64,000 bases of DNA from a virus (Duplodnaviria; Caudoviricetes): IMG/VR virus record IMGVR_UViG_3300021958_011541, positions 16,001 to 80,000 of that record. The stretch is one strand, 5' to 3'. Under the pieces are notes generated by a model that made no database searches, was not told the origin of the DNA, and saw nothing but the letters and a program-made list of their open reading frames with translations. This document shows, in pieces, positions 36,261 through 46,677 of the stretch. Each line of letters starts with the position of its first letter. The stretch's first letter is position 1. A program made the position numbers and the translations under genes.

Positions 36261-37604
36261 TTATTGATTCCAATGGTTTCTGCCACTACCAATTTTAGAA
36301 GAATTAATCTTGTCTTTAATTTCTCGAAGTTGTTTGATTTCTTTCTCTAATTGAGTTTTTTTATTTTGTATATCTTGCTGAATTGAAGATAATTCTCCAT
36401 CTATTTTAGATTTTAGTTTTTGATTTTCTTGGGAAAGAATTTTTTCTGATTTATTAATATATTTTTGATATTCTTGTTCCAACTTTAATATTTGAACTTC
36501 TGCTTCTGCAACTTGTTGTTCTAAGGCTGTGGCTTTTTTTATTTTTCCATAAGAAGTAGTTAAGGAATGTACAGATATAACAATAAGAATAACTGCCAAT
36601 GGATCAAAAACAAAAATTAAAGATATAATTACAAAGCGAACTGCTGTCCCTAGGGATACATCTTTATCAAAAAAGTCTCCTACTAATTCAACTATATATT
36701 TTACTGGTCCAACTTCTACTTCAAGTTCTCTCATTGAGTTTTCAAAATCAAACTTTTCTAGGGCTAATTCATCGATAATTGCTTGAGCTTCGTCTATTTT
36801 TTTCTGAGCTAAATCAGCATCTTCGCTTTTACCTGTTGTTCTTTCGATAATGGAGTTTTGTAACTCTTTGATTTTATCGGTGATTTCTTTTATATTATTT
36901 TGGTTATTATTTTTAATCGACTGTATTGAATCTTCTGCTCCTGATATTTTTTTATTTAATCCTTCTATAATGGGAGCCTGTCTGATTTGTTCTGCTTCTA
37001 TTTTCTTTTTATTATTAGAGAATAAACCAGATTTTTTTTCTAAATCAGATATAATTTGATTAAGTTGTTGTATTTCTGTTTTCCATCTATTTATATTTGA
37101 TTCTTCTTGAGCAATAGATTCTTTTGCTATTGTATTTAATTTTGATATTCTTTCTTCTTCTTGTTTAATGAAAACTGTAATTTTATCCGTGGTATTTACT
37201 GATTGGTCTCTTCGAGAATCAATAATTTTTTGAGCTTCAGCGATAATAAATTGTTGCCTTTCGATTTTATTTTCTATTTGAGTTAATTTAGCAGCTTCTT
37301 TGTTTGTTTGCGCTTCGTGAATAACGTAAGACTTACTTAGAAAGCCGAAAATTCCCATGCTGGTTATAAACATTAATATAACTACGGCAATACATAAATA
37401 TGTTTTTACTAGCTTAGCTAACGAATTCCAATGGCCGTGAAGCCATAAAGCTGCAATAATTTTTCCTAGCTCTAGTACTCCACCCATGAGTATGATTGCC
37501 CCTTCTGCACCAGGGAACATGGTTGCTAAACCAATTATACTAAAATATGCTGCCGTTATAGATATACTTAAGGCAGTAATTGCTGTTAATATAGATAAAA
37601 CCAT
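36261..37604 (-). CDS. Membrane protein with long coiled-coil
   Basis: Three N-terminal hydrophobic segments, heptad-rich middle, further hydrophobic segment at IISLIFVFDPLAV; GTGTA at 37616-37620. Confidence 0.8.
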   Translation of the reverse strand: MVLSILTAITALSISITAAYFSIIGLATMFPGAEGAIILMGGVLELGKIIAALWLHGHWNSLAKLVKTYLCIAVVILMFITSMGIFGFLSKSYVIHEAQTNKEAAKLTQIENKIERQQFIIAEAQKIIDSRRDQSVNTTDKITVFIKQEEERISKLNTIAKESIAQEESNINRWKTEIQQLNQIISDLEKKSGLFSNNKKKIEAEQIRQAPIIEGLNKKISGAEDSIQSIKNNNQNNIKEITDKIKELQNSIIERTTGKSEDADLAQKKIDEAQAIIDELALEKFDFENSMRELEVEVGPVKYIVELVGDFFDKDVSLGTAVRFVIISLIFVFDPLAVILIVISVHSLTTSYGKIKKATALEQQVAEAEVQILKLEQEYQKYINKSEKILSQENQKLKSKIDGELSSIQQDIQNKKTQLEKEIKQLREIKDKINSSKIGSGRNHWNQ

Positions 37605-37624
37605 AGGTTTAGTATTACACTAAA

Positions 37625-38029
37625 CTAAAGAAAAAGAGTATTATCTGGAGTCTCGAATTTTTCTGGTCTATCATAATCATCTTCTATGCGTATGATATCA
37701 TCTTCACCAAAATAGCTTCCTGTTTGAACTTCAATAAAAATCAAGTCTTTTTTAGGGTCTTTGTTTTCTACCCTATGCTTTGCTTTAAGAGGGATTAAAG
37801 CTGTTGATCCAGTTTGATAATCTTTTATCTCATCATTTAAAGTAATTGTTGCAGTCCCTTGGATAATTGTCCAGGCTTCTTGACGCTTGAAGTGATATTG
37901 ATAACTTAGTCTTTGTTGAGGTTTTACGATAATTCTTTTTACTTTACAAGTTTCAGATTCGTAAAGCACTTCATATCTGCCCCAAGGTCTTATAGGGCCA
38001 ATTGGGTTAGATGTATCTATGATTGCCAT
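37625..38029 (-). CDS. Mannose-6-phosphate isomerase type II cupin (ManC C-terminal-like)
   Basis: RPWGRY, RLSYQYH...E.W, HRVEN, IEVQTGSYFGEDDIIRIEDDY. Confidence 0.92.
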   Translation of the reverse strand: MAIIDTSNPIGPIRPWGRYEVLYESETCKVKRIIVKPQQRLSYQYHFKRQEAWTIIQGTATITLNDEIKDYQTGSTALIPLKAKHRVENKDPKKDLIFIEVQTGSYFGEDDIIRIEDDYDRPEKFETPDNTLFL

Positions 38030-38979
38030 AATTGGAGAGCGTGTTGATAAGTTTTTAATAAGGCTTCTTCTAGAGAATATTTTTGTTTGAAGCCGAGGTT
38101 CTTAATTAAAGTATTATCCATCTTCTTTCTCATTGTTCCATCTGGTTTGGAGCTATCAAATTTTAAATAACCCTCATAACCTATAACTTTACATATAATT
38201 TCAGCCAATTCTTTAATTGATACTTCGTCATCAGACCCTATGTTAATATGACTAATATTTTGACTGTATATATCTTTTGCTTCAACATTAGTTATGCAGG
38301 TTTCAACTGCTCTCGCTAAATCTTGAACGTATAAAAATTCTCTAAGAGGTTTGCCTGAACCCCATACCTCAACAAACTCAGAATTTTGCTCTTTAGCTTC
38401 ATGGACTTTTCTTATTAATGCTGGTAGAACATGAGATGTTTCCAAGTCGAAATTATCATTTTCACCAAAAAGATTACAAGGCATTATAGAGTAAAAATTA
38501 CTATTGTATTGATCATAATAGCTTTCACACATTTTGAGTCCAGCGATTTTTGCTATCGCATAAGGTTCATTAGTATATTCTAAAGATGAAGTAAGTAGAT
38601 ATTCCTCTTTAATGGGTTGTGGGCAAGATTTAGGGTATATGCAAGATGAACCTAGAAAGATTAATTTTTCTACTCCTTGGCAGTGGGCTGCATGAATTAA
38701 ATTTGAAGCAATAGATAAATTATCATATAAGAATTGGCCTCTGTATGTATTATTCGCTAAAATTCCACCAACCTTGGCAGCGCAAATTATAACAACTTCA
38801 GGTCTTTCATGAACCATAAAATCATTAACTTTCTGTTGGCTTCTTAAGTCTACTGAATGCCTATCACTTACAATGAGTTTTTTGTAACCTTGATCGAATA
38901 GCCTGTCTACCACTGCAGAACCAACCATTCCGTTGTGACCAGCGATGTATATTTTTTTATCTAAGTAATTTGATGTCAT
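38017..38979 (-). CDS. fcl: GDP-L-fucose synthase
   Basis: AGHNGMVGSA, AAKVGGILAN, LGSSCIYPK, YAIAKIAG, WGSGKPLREF, KPDGTMRK. Confidence 0.96.
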   Translation of the reverse strand: MTSNYLDKKIYIAGHNGMVGSAVVDRLFDQGYKKLIVSDRHSVDLRSQQKVNDFMVHERPEVVIICAAKVGGILANNTYRGQFLYDNLSIASNLIHAAHCQGVEKLIFLGSSCIYPKSCPQPIKEEYLLTSSLEYTNEPYAIAKIAGLKMCESYYDQYNSNFYSIMPCNLFGENDNFDLETSHVLPALIRKVHEAKEQNSEFVEVWGSGKPLREFLYVQDLARAVETCITNVEAKDIYSQNISHINIGSDDEVSIKELAEIICKVIGYEGYLKFDSSKPDGTMRKKMDNTLIKNLGFKQKYSLEEALLKTYQHALQLWQS

Positions 38980-40018
38980 TCTCTACCATTTTTTGAACCA
39001 AGCCCATAAAGTTTACATCTCTTTTCCAGCCAAGCTCTTTCTCAGCTTTGGTTGGATCTCCCAAGAGTTGATGAACTTCTGCAGGTCTATAATATTTTGG
39101 GTCAACCGATACTATTAATTTGCCATCATTGGTATAAAATTTTTCCTCACTTCCAGAACCTTCTCTTTTATAACTTATTTCTGCGAAAAATAAAGCGTGT
39201 TGCACGAATTCTCTAACAGTATGCATTTCTCCACTAGCCAAAACATATTCTTTTGGTTCTTTGTTATTAACCATTAACCAAACTCCAGCCATAAAGTCTT
39301 CCGCATCAGTCCAGTCTCTTTGGGCATCTAGATTTCCTAACTTTAGTACGGGAGGCTCCTTGCCGTTTTCAAGAGCTATTTTTATTTTTGCTACTCCATT
39401 AGAGATTTTTCTCGTTACGAAATCCAAACCTCTTCTTACTCCTTCATGGTTGAATAGCCAGCCTTGTACTGCAAATAAATTATAAGACTCTCTGTATACT
39501 CTAACCAAATGTCTTGCCGCACATTTAGCTGCTCCATAAGGAGACTGAGGTCTTAGTGGGTGTTCTTCTGATTGAGGCGAAGTTACAATATCTCCAAATT
39601 CTTCCGAGGATCCAGCATTATAGAACTTACATTTTGGCGCAAACCTCCTTATGGACTCTAGGATATGTAGTACAGCATTAGCATCCGTATCCCAAGTTTG
39701 TATAGGGTATTTCCAGCTTCCAGCTACAAATGATTGTGCTGCAAAATTTAAAAAGTAATCTGGTTGTATATCTATTATAACATCTCTAATACTGTGAGCG
39801 TCATTTAAATCCATATCTATTAAAGTAAAATTAGGATCGCTCTCTAAGTGTAAAATGTTTTCGTGATTTTTAACACTCAGTCTTCTAACCGCTCCATGAA
39901 GCATAAAACTATCTTGACCCAGATCCTCTCTTAAAAATTTAAGAAGATAATCTGCCATATGACTTCCGTCTTGACCTGTAACGCCAGTTATAATAATATT
40001 TTTTACTTTTTTAACCAT
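38957..40018 (-). CDS. gmd: GDP-mannose 4,6-dehydratase
   Basis: ITGVTGQDGS, AAQSFV, SPYGAAK, FNHEG, FVTRKI, LGNLDAQRDW, YRPAEV. Confidence 0.97.
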   Translation of the reverse strand: MVKKVKNIIITGVTGQDGSHMADYLLKFLREDLGQDSFMLHGAVRRLSVKNHENILHLESDPNFTLIDMDLNDAHSIRDVIIDIQPDYFLNFAAQSFVAGSWKYPIQTWDTDANAVLHILESIRRFAPKCKFYNAGSSEEFGDIVTSPQSEEHPLRPQSPYGAAKCAARHLVRVYRESYNLFAVQGWLFNHEGVRRGLDFVTRKISNGVAKIKIALENGKEPPVLKLGNLDAQRDWTDAEDFMAGVWLMVNNKEPKEYVLASGEMHTVREFVQHALFFAEISYKREGSGSEEKFYTNDGKLIVSVDPKYYRPAEVHQLLGDPTKAEKELGWKRDVNFMGLVQKMVENDIKLLR

Positions 40019-40680
40019 GTGTTTTTGTGATTTAAATATTGGTAGGGATCTTTTGATGTTTTATTTATAATAGGGGTTGTTTTATAAAAATTAAAAAAAT
40101 TTTTAAATTTACTATTAATCATTTCTTCAAAAGATACGACCAATGGTTTTATTACACCAGAATATAGGTTTCCGTCTTTGATGATTGAATCTCTTGATCG
40201 TATATAAAATATATTATTCTCTAAAACACAGGGTTCTAATAAGGGTTCTTCTCTGTAATTTATTGAAAAATTGTAGGGTTGATTATTTTTCCATAAAGGA
40301 AAATCGCAAGAGTTGATACAAGAAAAGCTAGAATCAAATTTTTTTAAAGAAGCTTCGTGCGAATATTGCATTATGGTTGACTGCTCTAAGTTAGGGTAGT
40401 CTGGGTTGATGAAAAAACCGTAAGAGAAAAGATATTTTTTTGCCGCAATACTCATCCACCCGCTTAACTTTTTTTGCTCTTCAAAAATACATTCAATAGA
40501 ATATTTTCTTGCTTCTAGTTTTGCGTGATTGCAATTTGTTAATAAAACTATTTTTGAGAAATCGCACTTCCTTACTTTATTTATGCAAATTTCTAAAAGA
40601 GATTCTCCTTGGAAGCTTTCAATTGATGAAGAAATTTCACTTTCCTTGTCTTTTATAACGTATATAAAACAGATTTTCAT
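40003..40680 (-). CDS. Degenerate acylneuraminate cytidylyltransferase-like protein
   Basis: Overall NTP-transferase pattern (SLLEICI, LLTN, ENNIFYI); catalytic motifs poorly conserved. Confidence 0.5.
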   Translation of the reverse strand: MKICFIYVIKDKESEISSSIESFQGESLLEICINKVRKCDFSKIVLLTNCNHAKLEARKYSIECIFEEQKKLSGWMSIAAKKYLFSYGFFINPDYPNLEQSTIMQYSHEASLKKFDSSFSCINSCDFPLWKNNQPYNFSINYREEPLLEPCVLENNIFYIRSRDSIIKDGNLYSGVIKPLVVSFEEMINSKFKNFFNFYKTTPIINKTSKDPYQYLNHKNTWLKK

Positions 40681-40736
40681 ACTTTGTTTGAGTTTATTGG
40701 TTAATCGAATCCTTTATAATGTTTTACTTGAGTTCA

Positions 40737-41405
40737 TTAGACTGTGTGTCTGTGCCAAGTATTTATATTAAATGAAGGATTTAGTAAATCGTTCATTTTC
40801 TTTGCTTCATTATTAACATATACTGCATCGAATTGTGACATCATATTTTCAATATAACAGATGTCATTAATGTGAAATAAACTGAAATTATTATCAGTAA
40901 GAATATTATTTATTTGTGTGAATCGCCCTATAAAGCATTCAATTATAACGAAGCAAAATTTATCTAAATTATTCAGGCCACTATTAAGGATGTTGATTTC
41001 TTCTCCATCTACATCAATTTTCAGTAATGACCACTTATTTATATTAAATTCCTCGCATAATCTGTCTAAGGTTTTAGTCTTAACTTTTATTTGAGACTTT
41101 TCTGTGCTAATATGGTTGTGTGTTGAGATTTCGCTTCCCCAGTGGTATTCCTCATGTAAATACATTTCTCCATTATAATTCGTGCAGGCAGAATTATCCA
41201 AAGTATAATCAATTCCTTTGTAATTAGACTCAATTAATTTATTATACGACTTTTGTGGCTCGATTAATATTTGCTTTTTATCTTTAAAAAATTTCCTTAA
41301 TACATGGGTTTGTGATTGGACTCCAATGTCTAAAACTTGCGAAATGTTAATATCTAGCGAGGTAATAAAATCGCAAGAAAATGAAGAAGTGGGATTTGGT
41401 TTCAT
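40737..41405 (-). CDS. FkbM family methyltransferase
   Basis: LDIGVQ, LIEP, KTLD, LLKIDVDGEE. Confidence 0.85.
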   Translation of the reverse strand: MKPNPTSSFSCDFITSLDINISQVLDIGVQSQTHVLRKFFKDKKQILIEPQKSYNKLIESNYKGIDYTLDNSACTNYNGEMYLHEEYHWGSEISTHNHISTEKSQIKVKTKTLDRLCEEFNINKWSLLKIDVDGEEINILNSGLNNLDKFCFVIIECFIGRFTQINNILTDNNFSLFHINDICYIENMMSQFDAVYVNNEAKKMNDLLNPSFNINTWHRHTV

Positions 41406-41420
41406 ATTATTTCCTAAGTC

Positions 41421-42095
41421 TTAAATAAGTATCTTGGGAGGCAGCTTTTTCCATGATACTTCGTAGTGGTGAATGCAGTAAGTATTTTCATTTTGATCAA
41501 TAAATAAGTCTTCTCCATGTGCTTGCTCGTTATACCAGTTTGGTATGCCAGGAGAAAAAAATTCATGCGTATATATATTTATGTCTTCAATTTTTTGATT
41601 CTTGTATTCATTTAAACCCATTTCCTTTAAGACATCTGTTGTGATTCTTGGGCTGGAAAGGTTAGCTTCTTCTGTTCCGTCATATTGTCTTTGAATTTCT
41701 TTAAACATTTTTTCCATAAATGGAAATCCTTTTACAGATCCCATGGTTGCATTATTTACCCATTGTTTTGATATTATTCTTTTGCTCTGAAAGCCTATAA
41801 AGCATTTATGTTCCAGTAGTGGGCTGAACGTTTTAATTGCCTCAATATCTGTATCTAGGTAAATACCTCCCTCGCGAGACAAGGCGTAATACCTTGTTAG
41901 GTTTGCGGCGTTGGCGTATTTTTTATTTTTAAGGGCTGTTTGCAAATAAGGTATATTTGTTGGAGAGTTACTCTCGTTCCATTCTTTAATGGTGAAATCT
42001 GGCATTATTTCTGTCCAGCTGTTTATGCATTTTTTTATTAAGTCTGACTTTTCTGCTTGCCCGTACCAGCAGTAATGTATTGTTTTGGGTATCAT
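41421..42095 (-). CDS. GT32/DXD-motif glycosyltransferase
   Basis: MIPKTIHYCWYG, RYYALSREGGIYLDTD, HHYEVSW. Confidence 0.92.
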   Translation of the reverse strand: MIPKTIHYCWYGQAEKSDLIKKCINSWTEIMPDFTIKEWNESNSPTNIPYLQTALKNKKYANAANLTRYYALSREGGIYLDTDIEAIKTFSPLLEHKCFIGFQSKRIISKQWVNNATMGSVKGFPFMEKMFKEIQRQYDGTEEANLSSPRITTDVLKEMGLNEYKNQKIEDINIYTHEFFSPGIPNWYNEQAHGEDLFIDQNENTYCIHHYEVSWKKLPPKILI

Positions 42096-42763
42096 GTCTG
42101 TACTGTAAATTTTTCGCTATTTTCTTTTATGCAGCATTTTTGTTTTGGACAGTTTTCGTATCTTTTTTTATCGAGATGAGGGTTGTGGTATATAAAAAGC
42201 TCATCTTTATTCATTTCTAATATTTTCTTTTTTAGACCCGAGTCTTCGAGCCTTAGGTAGCAGTCTCTATCGTCATACCCGTAATTTTCTATTGCTTCAT
42301 TCCAGCCTCCAATTTTATTTAAGTCATCTTTCCTTACATACAAAAATCCATTAAGGAATCTCATAAAACCTGCGCCGTTATCAATTGAGTTTAAGGGGAA
42401 CCACTCTGCATTAATAAATTCTCCTTTCTTTAGTTCAAGGTAATCAAATATATTAAAATATGGGTTAAGAATATAGTCTGCGTCAAGCTTCATTATTATT
42501 TCATTGCTTGCGTTATGTAGGGCTAGGTTGTAGGCTTTGGTTAGTCTCCATTTTTTTTTACCATTAACCCTTATTATTTTTATTCTTTGATCTAACTTTT
42601 CGAGATCTGGGATAGGGGGAGTTGATGACCAGTCTACTATGATAAATTCATCTATATTTTTGTTTTGTATCCAAGAATGTATTGAAACTTTTAATATCTC
42701 TGTTCTGTTCATGACCGCACAGATTGCTGAGACTTTATCTCTAGACTGAATGCTAGTGGTCAT
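42092..42763 (-). CDS. GT2/GT7-like glycosyltransferase
   Basis: CAVMNR, IIVDWSS, KLDAD, GGWNE...YGYDD. Confidence 0.85.
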   Translation of the reverse strand: MTTSIQSRDKVSAICAVMNRTEILKVSIHSWIQNKNIDEFIIVDWSSTPPIPDLEKLDQRIKIIRVNGKKKWRLTKAYNLALHNASNEIIMKLDADYILNPYFNIFDYLELKKGEFINAEWFPLNSIDNGAGFMRFLNGFLYVRKDDLNKIGGWNEAIENYGYDDRDCYLRLEDSGLKKKILEMNKDELFIYHNPHLDKKRYENCPKQKCCIKENSEKFTVQT

Positions 42764-42768
42764 GTTTT

Positions 42769-43323
42769 TTATTTCTGTATGACGTATATTTCTGAATTAA
42801 AATCAGTCGCCTGCTTTCCTAGACTCCAATGTTTATTTAAGTAATCTGTTGCAGCCATATAATCAGGATGGTTGTAATCGTGAACTAATATAGCTCCTCC
42901 TTTTTCTAATCTTGGCCATAAGTTTTCTAAGCAAAGTTTCGTATTATCTAAGGAATGATCATGGTCTATAAAAATATAAGAATATGTTTGTTTTAAATGA
43001 TGCTTCTGTGCGAAGAATTTTCCGCAAGCCATGTTGTAAAAAGAGAGTGTTTTTTCAAAGCCATTATTTTTGATGTTTGGTAAAAATGTTTCATAATTAT
43101 TTATATCTACTGAATGCATTTGTTTTTTTCCTTGAGTACTTTCTAGAGCGCAGAGGGTTGAAGCTCCTTGGTAACACCCTATTTCAAGTAGATCCCCTTT
43201 TAATTCTAGTGATGATTTACTCCAATGAATTAAGGTATCTATATCTCCTTGAGATAGTAAAATATTTGGGGCGGTTTTGTGACAAGTTGGTAATAATTTA
43301 TTTGATAGATTTTCTATTTTCAT
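42769..43323 (-). CDS. Class I SAM methyltransferase (Methyltransf_24-like)
   Basis: LEIGCYQGAS, IFIDHDHS, GGAILVHD. Confidence 0.88.
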   Translation of the reverse strand: MKIENLSNKLLPTCHKTAPNILLSQGDIDTLIHWSKSSLELKGDLLEIGCYQGASTLCALESTQGKKQMHSVDINNYETFLPNIKNNGFEKTLSFYNMACGKFFAQKHHLKQTYSYIFIDHDHSLDNTKLCLENLWPRLEKGGAILVHDYNHPDYMAATDYLNKHWSLGKQATDFNSEIYVIQK

Positions 43324-43328
43324 TTATC

Positions 43329-44303
43329 TTATTGGTTAGGTTTAGTATTTTTCTTAAAAATTTTAATAACATCTTCTTGGTACATTCCTACCCTCATCTT
43401 TTCGAAAAAATTATCATGAAAAAATTTCGATGGATCAATATCGGAGATTCCAAATGTTCTTAATACGCAACCTAAAACACTGATAAATTTACCCCTGAAT
43501 ACTCCCATTTTTTTAATATGTTCTTCTCTTATTAATTCTGGGTCTAATTTTTTTTCAATTATTTGTTTGACAGCTTTAATTACGTCTTCTTGATTAGGTT
43601 CAGTTATTATACTATTGTTTGAATTATACCATAATTGCCTGCCTCCTTTCGATTGAGTTGATACAACTGGCACTCCGCAAAGCAAGTATTCTGCAGAACA
43701 AAAAGATGCCCCTTCTTCTTCTGATAGACAAAGTCCGCAATGGCTTTCGTTTATAATATTAATAACTTCTTCTCTATTAAGATTTTTGAAAGGGTCATTT
43801 AAACTTTTGGGTAATTCTACCTTTGGATTGTTGTGGTTATGCCCTCCAGCTGCCAAGGCTAATTTTTCTAGACCTGATGCTAGATAATGCCTCTTAAATT
43901 CTGAGGGCCTTGCGATATATAAAGCGTCATATTTTTTTTCAGATTGAATGATTTTGAATTTTGATTCATCCATCCAGGCTGCCTGGGGAATTAAATCTCC
44001 GTTAAAACCTGCGTCGCTACCATAAGCCATTTCGTCTAAGTCGTTATAAAGTATGAAGAAATGTTTTTGATTAATTCCTAATTCACTCAGAACTCTTTTA
44101 TTGGTTTGAGCTATATATTCACTCATATTCCAGCCAGATAGAACAAAAAAGAAGTCCGTATCCTTTATTGAATCTTTGACTTGTTTTAACCAATTATAAT
44201 TATGAAAGATATTTTCAATTATAAAAATCCTACATTCTGGCCTATCTAAATATAGGCGGAATGGGAATGCATTTCCTGGCCAGGTATAAAAACTTTCTTT
44301 CAT
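43329..44303 (-). CDS. GT-B (GT4-like) glycosyltransferase
   Basis: LCLSEEEGASFCSAEYLLCGVPVVST. Confidence 0.8.
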   Translation of the reverse strand: MKESFYTWPGNAFPFRLYLDRPECRIFIIENIFHNYNWLKQVKDSIKDTDFFFVLSGWNMSEYIAQTNKRVLSELGINQKHFFILYNDLDEMAYGSDAGFNGDLIPQAAWMDESKFKIIQSEKKYDALYIARPSEFKRHYLASGLEKLALAAGGHNHNNPKVELPKSLNDPFKNLNREEVINIINESHCGLCLSEEEGASFCSAEYLLCGVPVVSTQSKGGRQLWYNSNNSIITEPNQEDVIKAVKQIIEKKLDPELIREEHIKKMGVFRGKFISVLGCVLRTFGISDIDPSKFFHDNFFEKMRVGMYQEDVIKIFKKNTKPNQ

Positions 44304-44327
44304 GAAGTTGGGTTATGAATAAAAAAA

Positions 44328-44852
44328 TTAATTAAGAGCTGTCCACCAATTATAATACGCTTCTGTATTTAATTTTAAATTTGTATGAGCGCTAAAAAAT
44401 TCATCAATAGCTTTAGTGCAACCTGTAAAATTACCATGTTTGTAATCATGTCCAGCAAGAACTTTATTGCATTTAGGGAACCAGGCTTCTAGTTCTGATT
44501 TAACCGAATCATAACTATGATCCGCATCTATATAAACCAAGTCAAAAGATTTATCTTTTAGTAATTCTGCTGCCTCTATTGAGTCTATTGTTAATTGAGT
44601 GAGGTTTTTGTATTTTTTGTGTAAATCAGGCCTGAGGTGATTTATGTCAATAGAATGCACTTCCATATCTGGAAAACGCTTAGCCATAAGTTCACTTAAG
44701 CCTCCTGACTGGGATCCAATCTCTACAACCGATTTAATGTTGTATTGTTCGATTAATTTAATTAATACTGGACCGCTTTGAGCATGTCCCCATCTATCTT
44801 TAGTTAACCCTAGAAATTCTAGGCAGTCTTGTTCTGTTTTAAGGTTATTCAT
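44328..44852 (-). CDS. Class I SAM methyltransferase (Methyltransf_24-like)
   Basis: VEIGSQSGG, FDLVYIDADHSY, AGHDY. Confidence 0.88.
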   Translation of the reverse strand: MNNLKTEQDCLEFLGLTKDRWGHAQSGPVLIKLIEQYNIKSVVEIGSQSGGLSELMAKRFPDMEVHSIDINHLRPDLHKKYKNLTQLTIDSIEAAELLKDKSFDLVYIDADHSYDSVKSELEAWFPKCNKVLAGHDYKHGNFTGCTKAIDEFFSAHTNLKLNTEAYYNWWTALN

Positions 44853-44888
44853 AATGTTGTATATTATACTATAGAGTTTTAAAAAAAA

Positions 44889-45764
44889 TTATATTTTTTG
44901 TAAGTGTGGGTTGCCTTTTATTAAGGGAAAGGTCCAGCCTGCGGATTTTAATTTATTAATATGTTCTTGTGGAGGTTTATTTTTAAAACAAAAAACGCAA
45001 ACAAATTGACCTATATTAGTTGAGTGTCTATCGTGGAATTGTTTGATTAAATTTCTGATATGGGGTTCTGTTTTTTTGAATTCTTCTCCTCCTACATAAC
45101 CCCCGTTTTCGTTGATTATAAATTCAATCTCAAATAAGTTTCTATAGCAAATATTGGTATAACCTAAGGCGATAAAAGATTTTATTAATTCTTTGATTGA
45201 GAACGCAAATTTAAAATTCCCGCAAGACTCATAGGGTTCGTCTCCTATGCTGTAGCTATTGTCTTGCGGTTCTACTATATATATTCCCTCTTTGCAGACT
45301 CTTAGCATTTCATAGATTGCCATGTACGGCCTTGGTAAATGATGTAAGGATTCCTTTACGACAACATAGTCGAATGATTCGTTTTCGAATGATAGTTCTT
45401 CAGCGTCTTGCTTTGAATATTCGTCGATAAACCCTATGTCTTTTGCTGCTTTTAAGGCTTCTATTGATATATCCGCTGAGCACGATTTATGTCCTAAGGA
45501 ATTAAAAAAATGGCCTTCGCACCCACCTTTGCCATCCATGAGGTTTAGGATCTTGCTTTGAGGCAAGGACTTCCAAAATTCCTTGCAAGCATAAAAGGGA
45601 AATGTGTGCCTTAAATAGTTTGAGTTTTGACTATTCCACCACCAATTACTTGCTAAACTGCCAGACTCTAAAGCTTTATCAACCTTTGATTGGAAGTCTA
45701 GACTGTGATGCGATTCCTGTAGATTTTTTAATTTATCCGCTTGAGTGTTTAGTTTATTCTTCAT
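44889..45764 (-). CDS. Class I SAM methyltransferase (Methyltransf_11-like)
   Basis: ADIS, QDAEELSFENESFDYV, LHHL...EMLRV. Confidence 0.85.
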   Translation of the reverse strand: MKNKLNTQADKLKNLQESHHSLDFQSKVDKALESGSLASNWWWNSQNSNYLRHTFPFYACKEFWKSLPQSKILNLMDGKGGCEGHFFNSLGHKSCSADISIEALKAAKDIGFIDEYSKQDAEELSFENESFDYVVVKESLHHLPRPYMAIYEMLRVCKEGIYIVEPQDNSYSIGDEPYESCGNFKFAFSIKELIKSFIALGYTNICYRNLFEIEFIINENGGYVGGEEFKKTEPHIRNLIKQFHDRHSTNIGQFVCVFCFKNKPPQEHINKLKSAGWTFPLIKGNPHLQKI

Positions 45765-46677
45765 AATAATCTCTTATACATTTTGTAAAATTTTTACCAG
45801 AGACTTGTTTGTATGCTTTGATACAATTTTCTCTTAGTTCTTTTTCTTTGTCAGGAGTAATGTTATTTATTATGCCTCTTAGATCTTTATAGTCTGATTC
45901 AGGTATTTTTATAATACAGCTATCCCAATTTAAGCCTTTTATTTCTGGCAAAAGCATTGTATCTGAAATTAATATAGGTATGGATCCAGCACTAAGACTT
46001 TCGTAAAATCTAATAGAGGAAGGCCCTACTCCTCCAGGACATAAGGAGAATCTTGATCTGTTTAATAGATCTATGTATTCGTTTTTATTTATAGCAGAAA
46101 ATAAATCATCTAATTGTGTTTTCTGTAGACTTCCTACTTGATTTCCGTAAACATCACTATCAAAATGCCATTTCTGCCTTTCTATAATCTCACAATTTTT
46201 GGGGTGATTGTCATTAAAGATTTCTCTTCTTATGGAAGAAACGTAGTCAGATCTATGCATTCCGCAAAAAGAATATAATAAATCCTTAGGGGAATTAGAA
46301 TTAAGTTCATTATGTAATGGGTTAAATAGAGGAAAAGGTAATATTTTTATTCCGTCTATAACCTTTTTTTCTTTTGTGGCGTGAGGAGTGAAAACAGTAT
46401 CTATTTTTAGCCTTTTAAAATGGCTAATTAATTCTTCAAAACGGTAAGTCTGGCAAATAGTAAAACTTGGAGTGTCATTTTTTAAGGAGTTAATGAAATC
46501 ATTAGCGATTCTAAACTTAGGAAAATCAGGGGTTAGGTTAATTATGCAATCTATTAGAGTTGCCCACGGAACCTGAAAGTAAGCTTTTGAATTTATTGGA
46601 TTTTCTTTTAAGAGTTCGTAGCTATACTGTTCAGTTATAACTGGCTTTTGCCAATCTATTCCATTTGGTAAATTCAT
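45754..46677 (-). CDS. Exostosin-family (GT47) glycosyltransferase
   Basis: LYSFCG, SRFSLCPGG, RFYESLSAGSIPILISD. Confidence 0.88.
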   Translation of the reverse strand: MNLPNGIDWQKPVITEQYSYELLKENPINSKAYFQVPWATLIDCIINLTPDFPKFRIANDFINSLKNDTPSFTICQTYRFEELISHFKRLKIDTVFTPHATKEKKVIDGIKILPFPLFNPLHNELNSNSPKDLLYSFCGMHRSDYVSSIRREIFNDNHPKNCEIIERQKWHFDSDVYGNQVGSLQKTQLDDLFSAINKNEYIDLLNRSRFSLCPGGVGPSSIRFYESLSAGSIPILISDTMLLPEIKGLNWDSCIIKIPESDYKDLRGIINNITPDKEKELRENCIKAYKQVSGKNFTKCIRDYYEE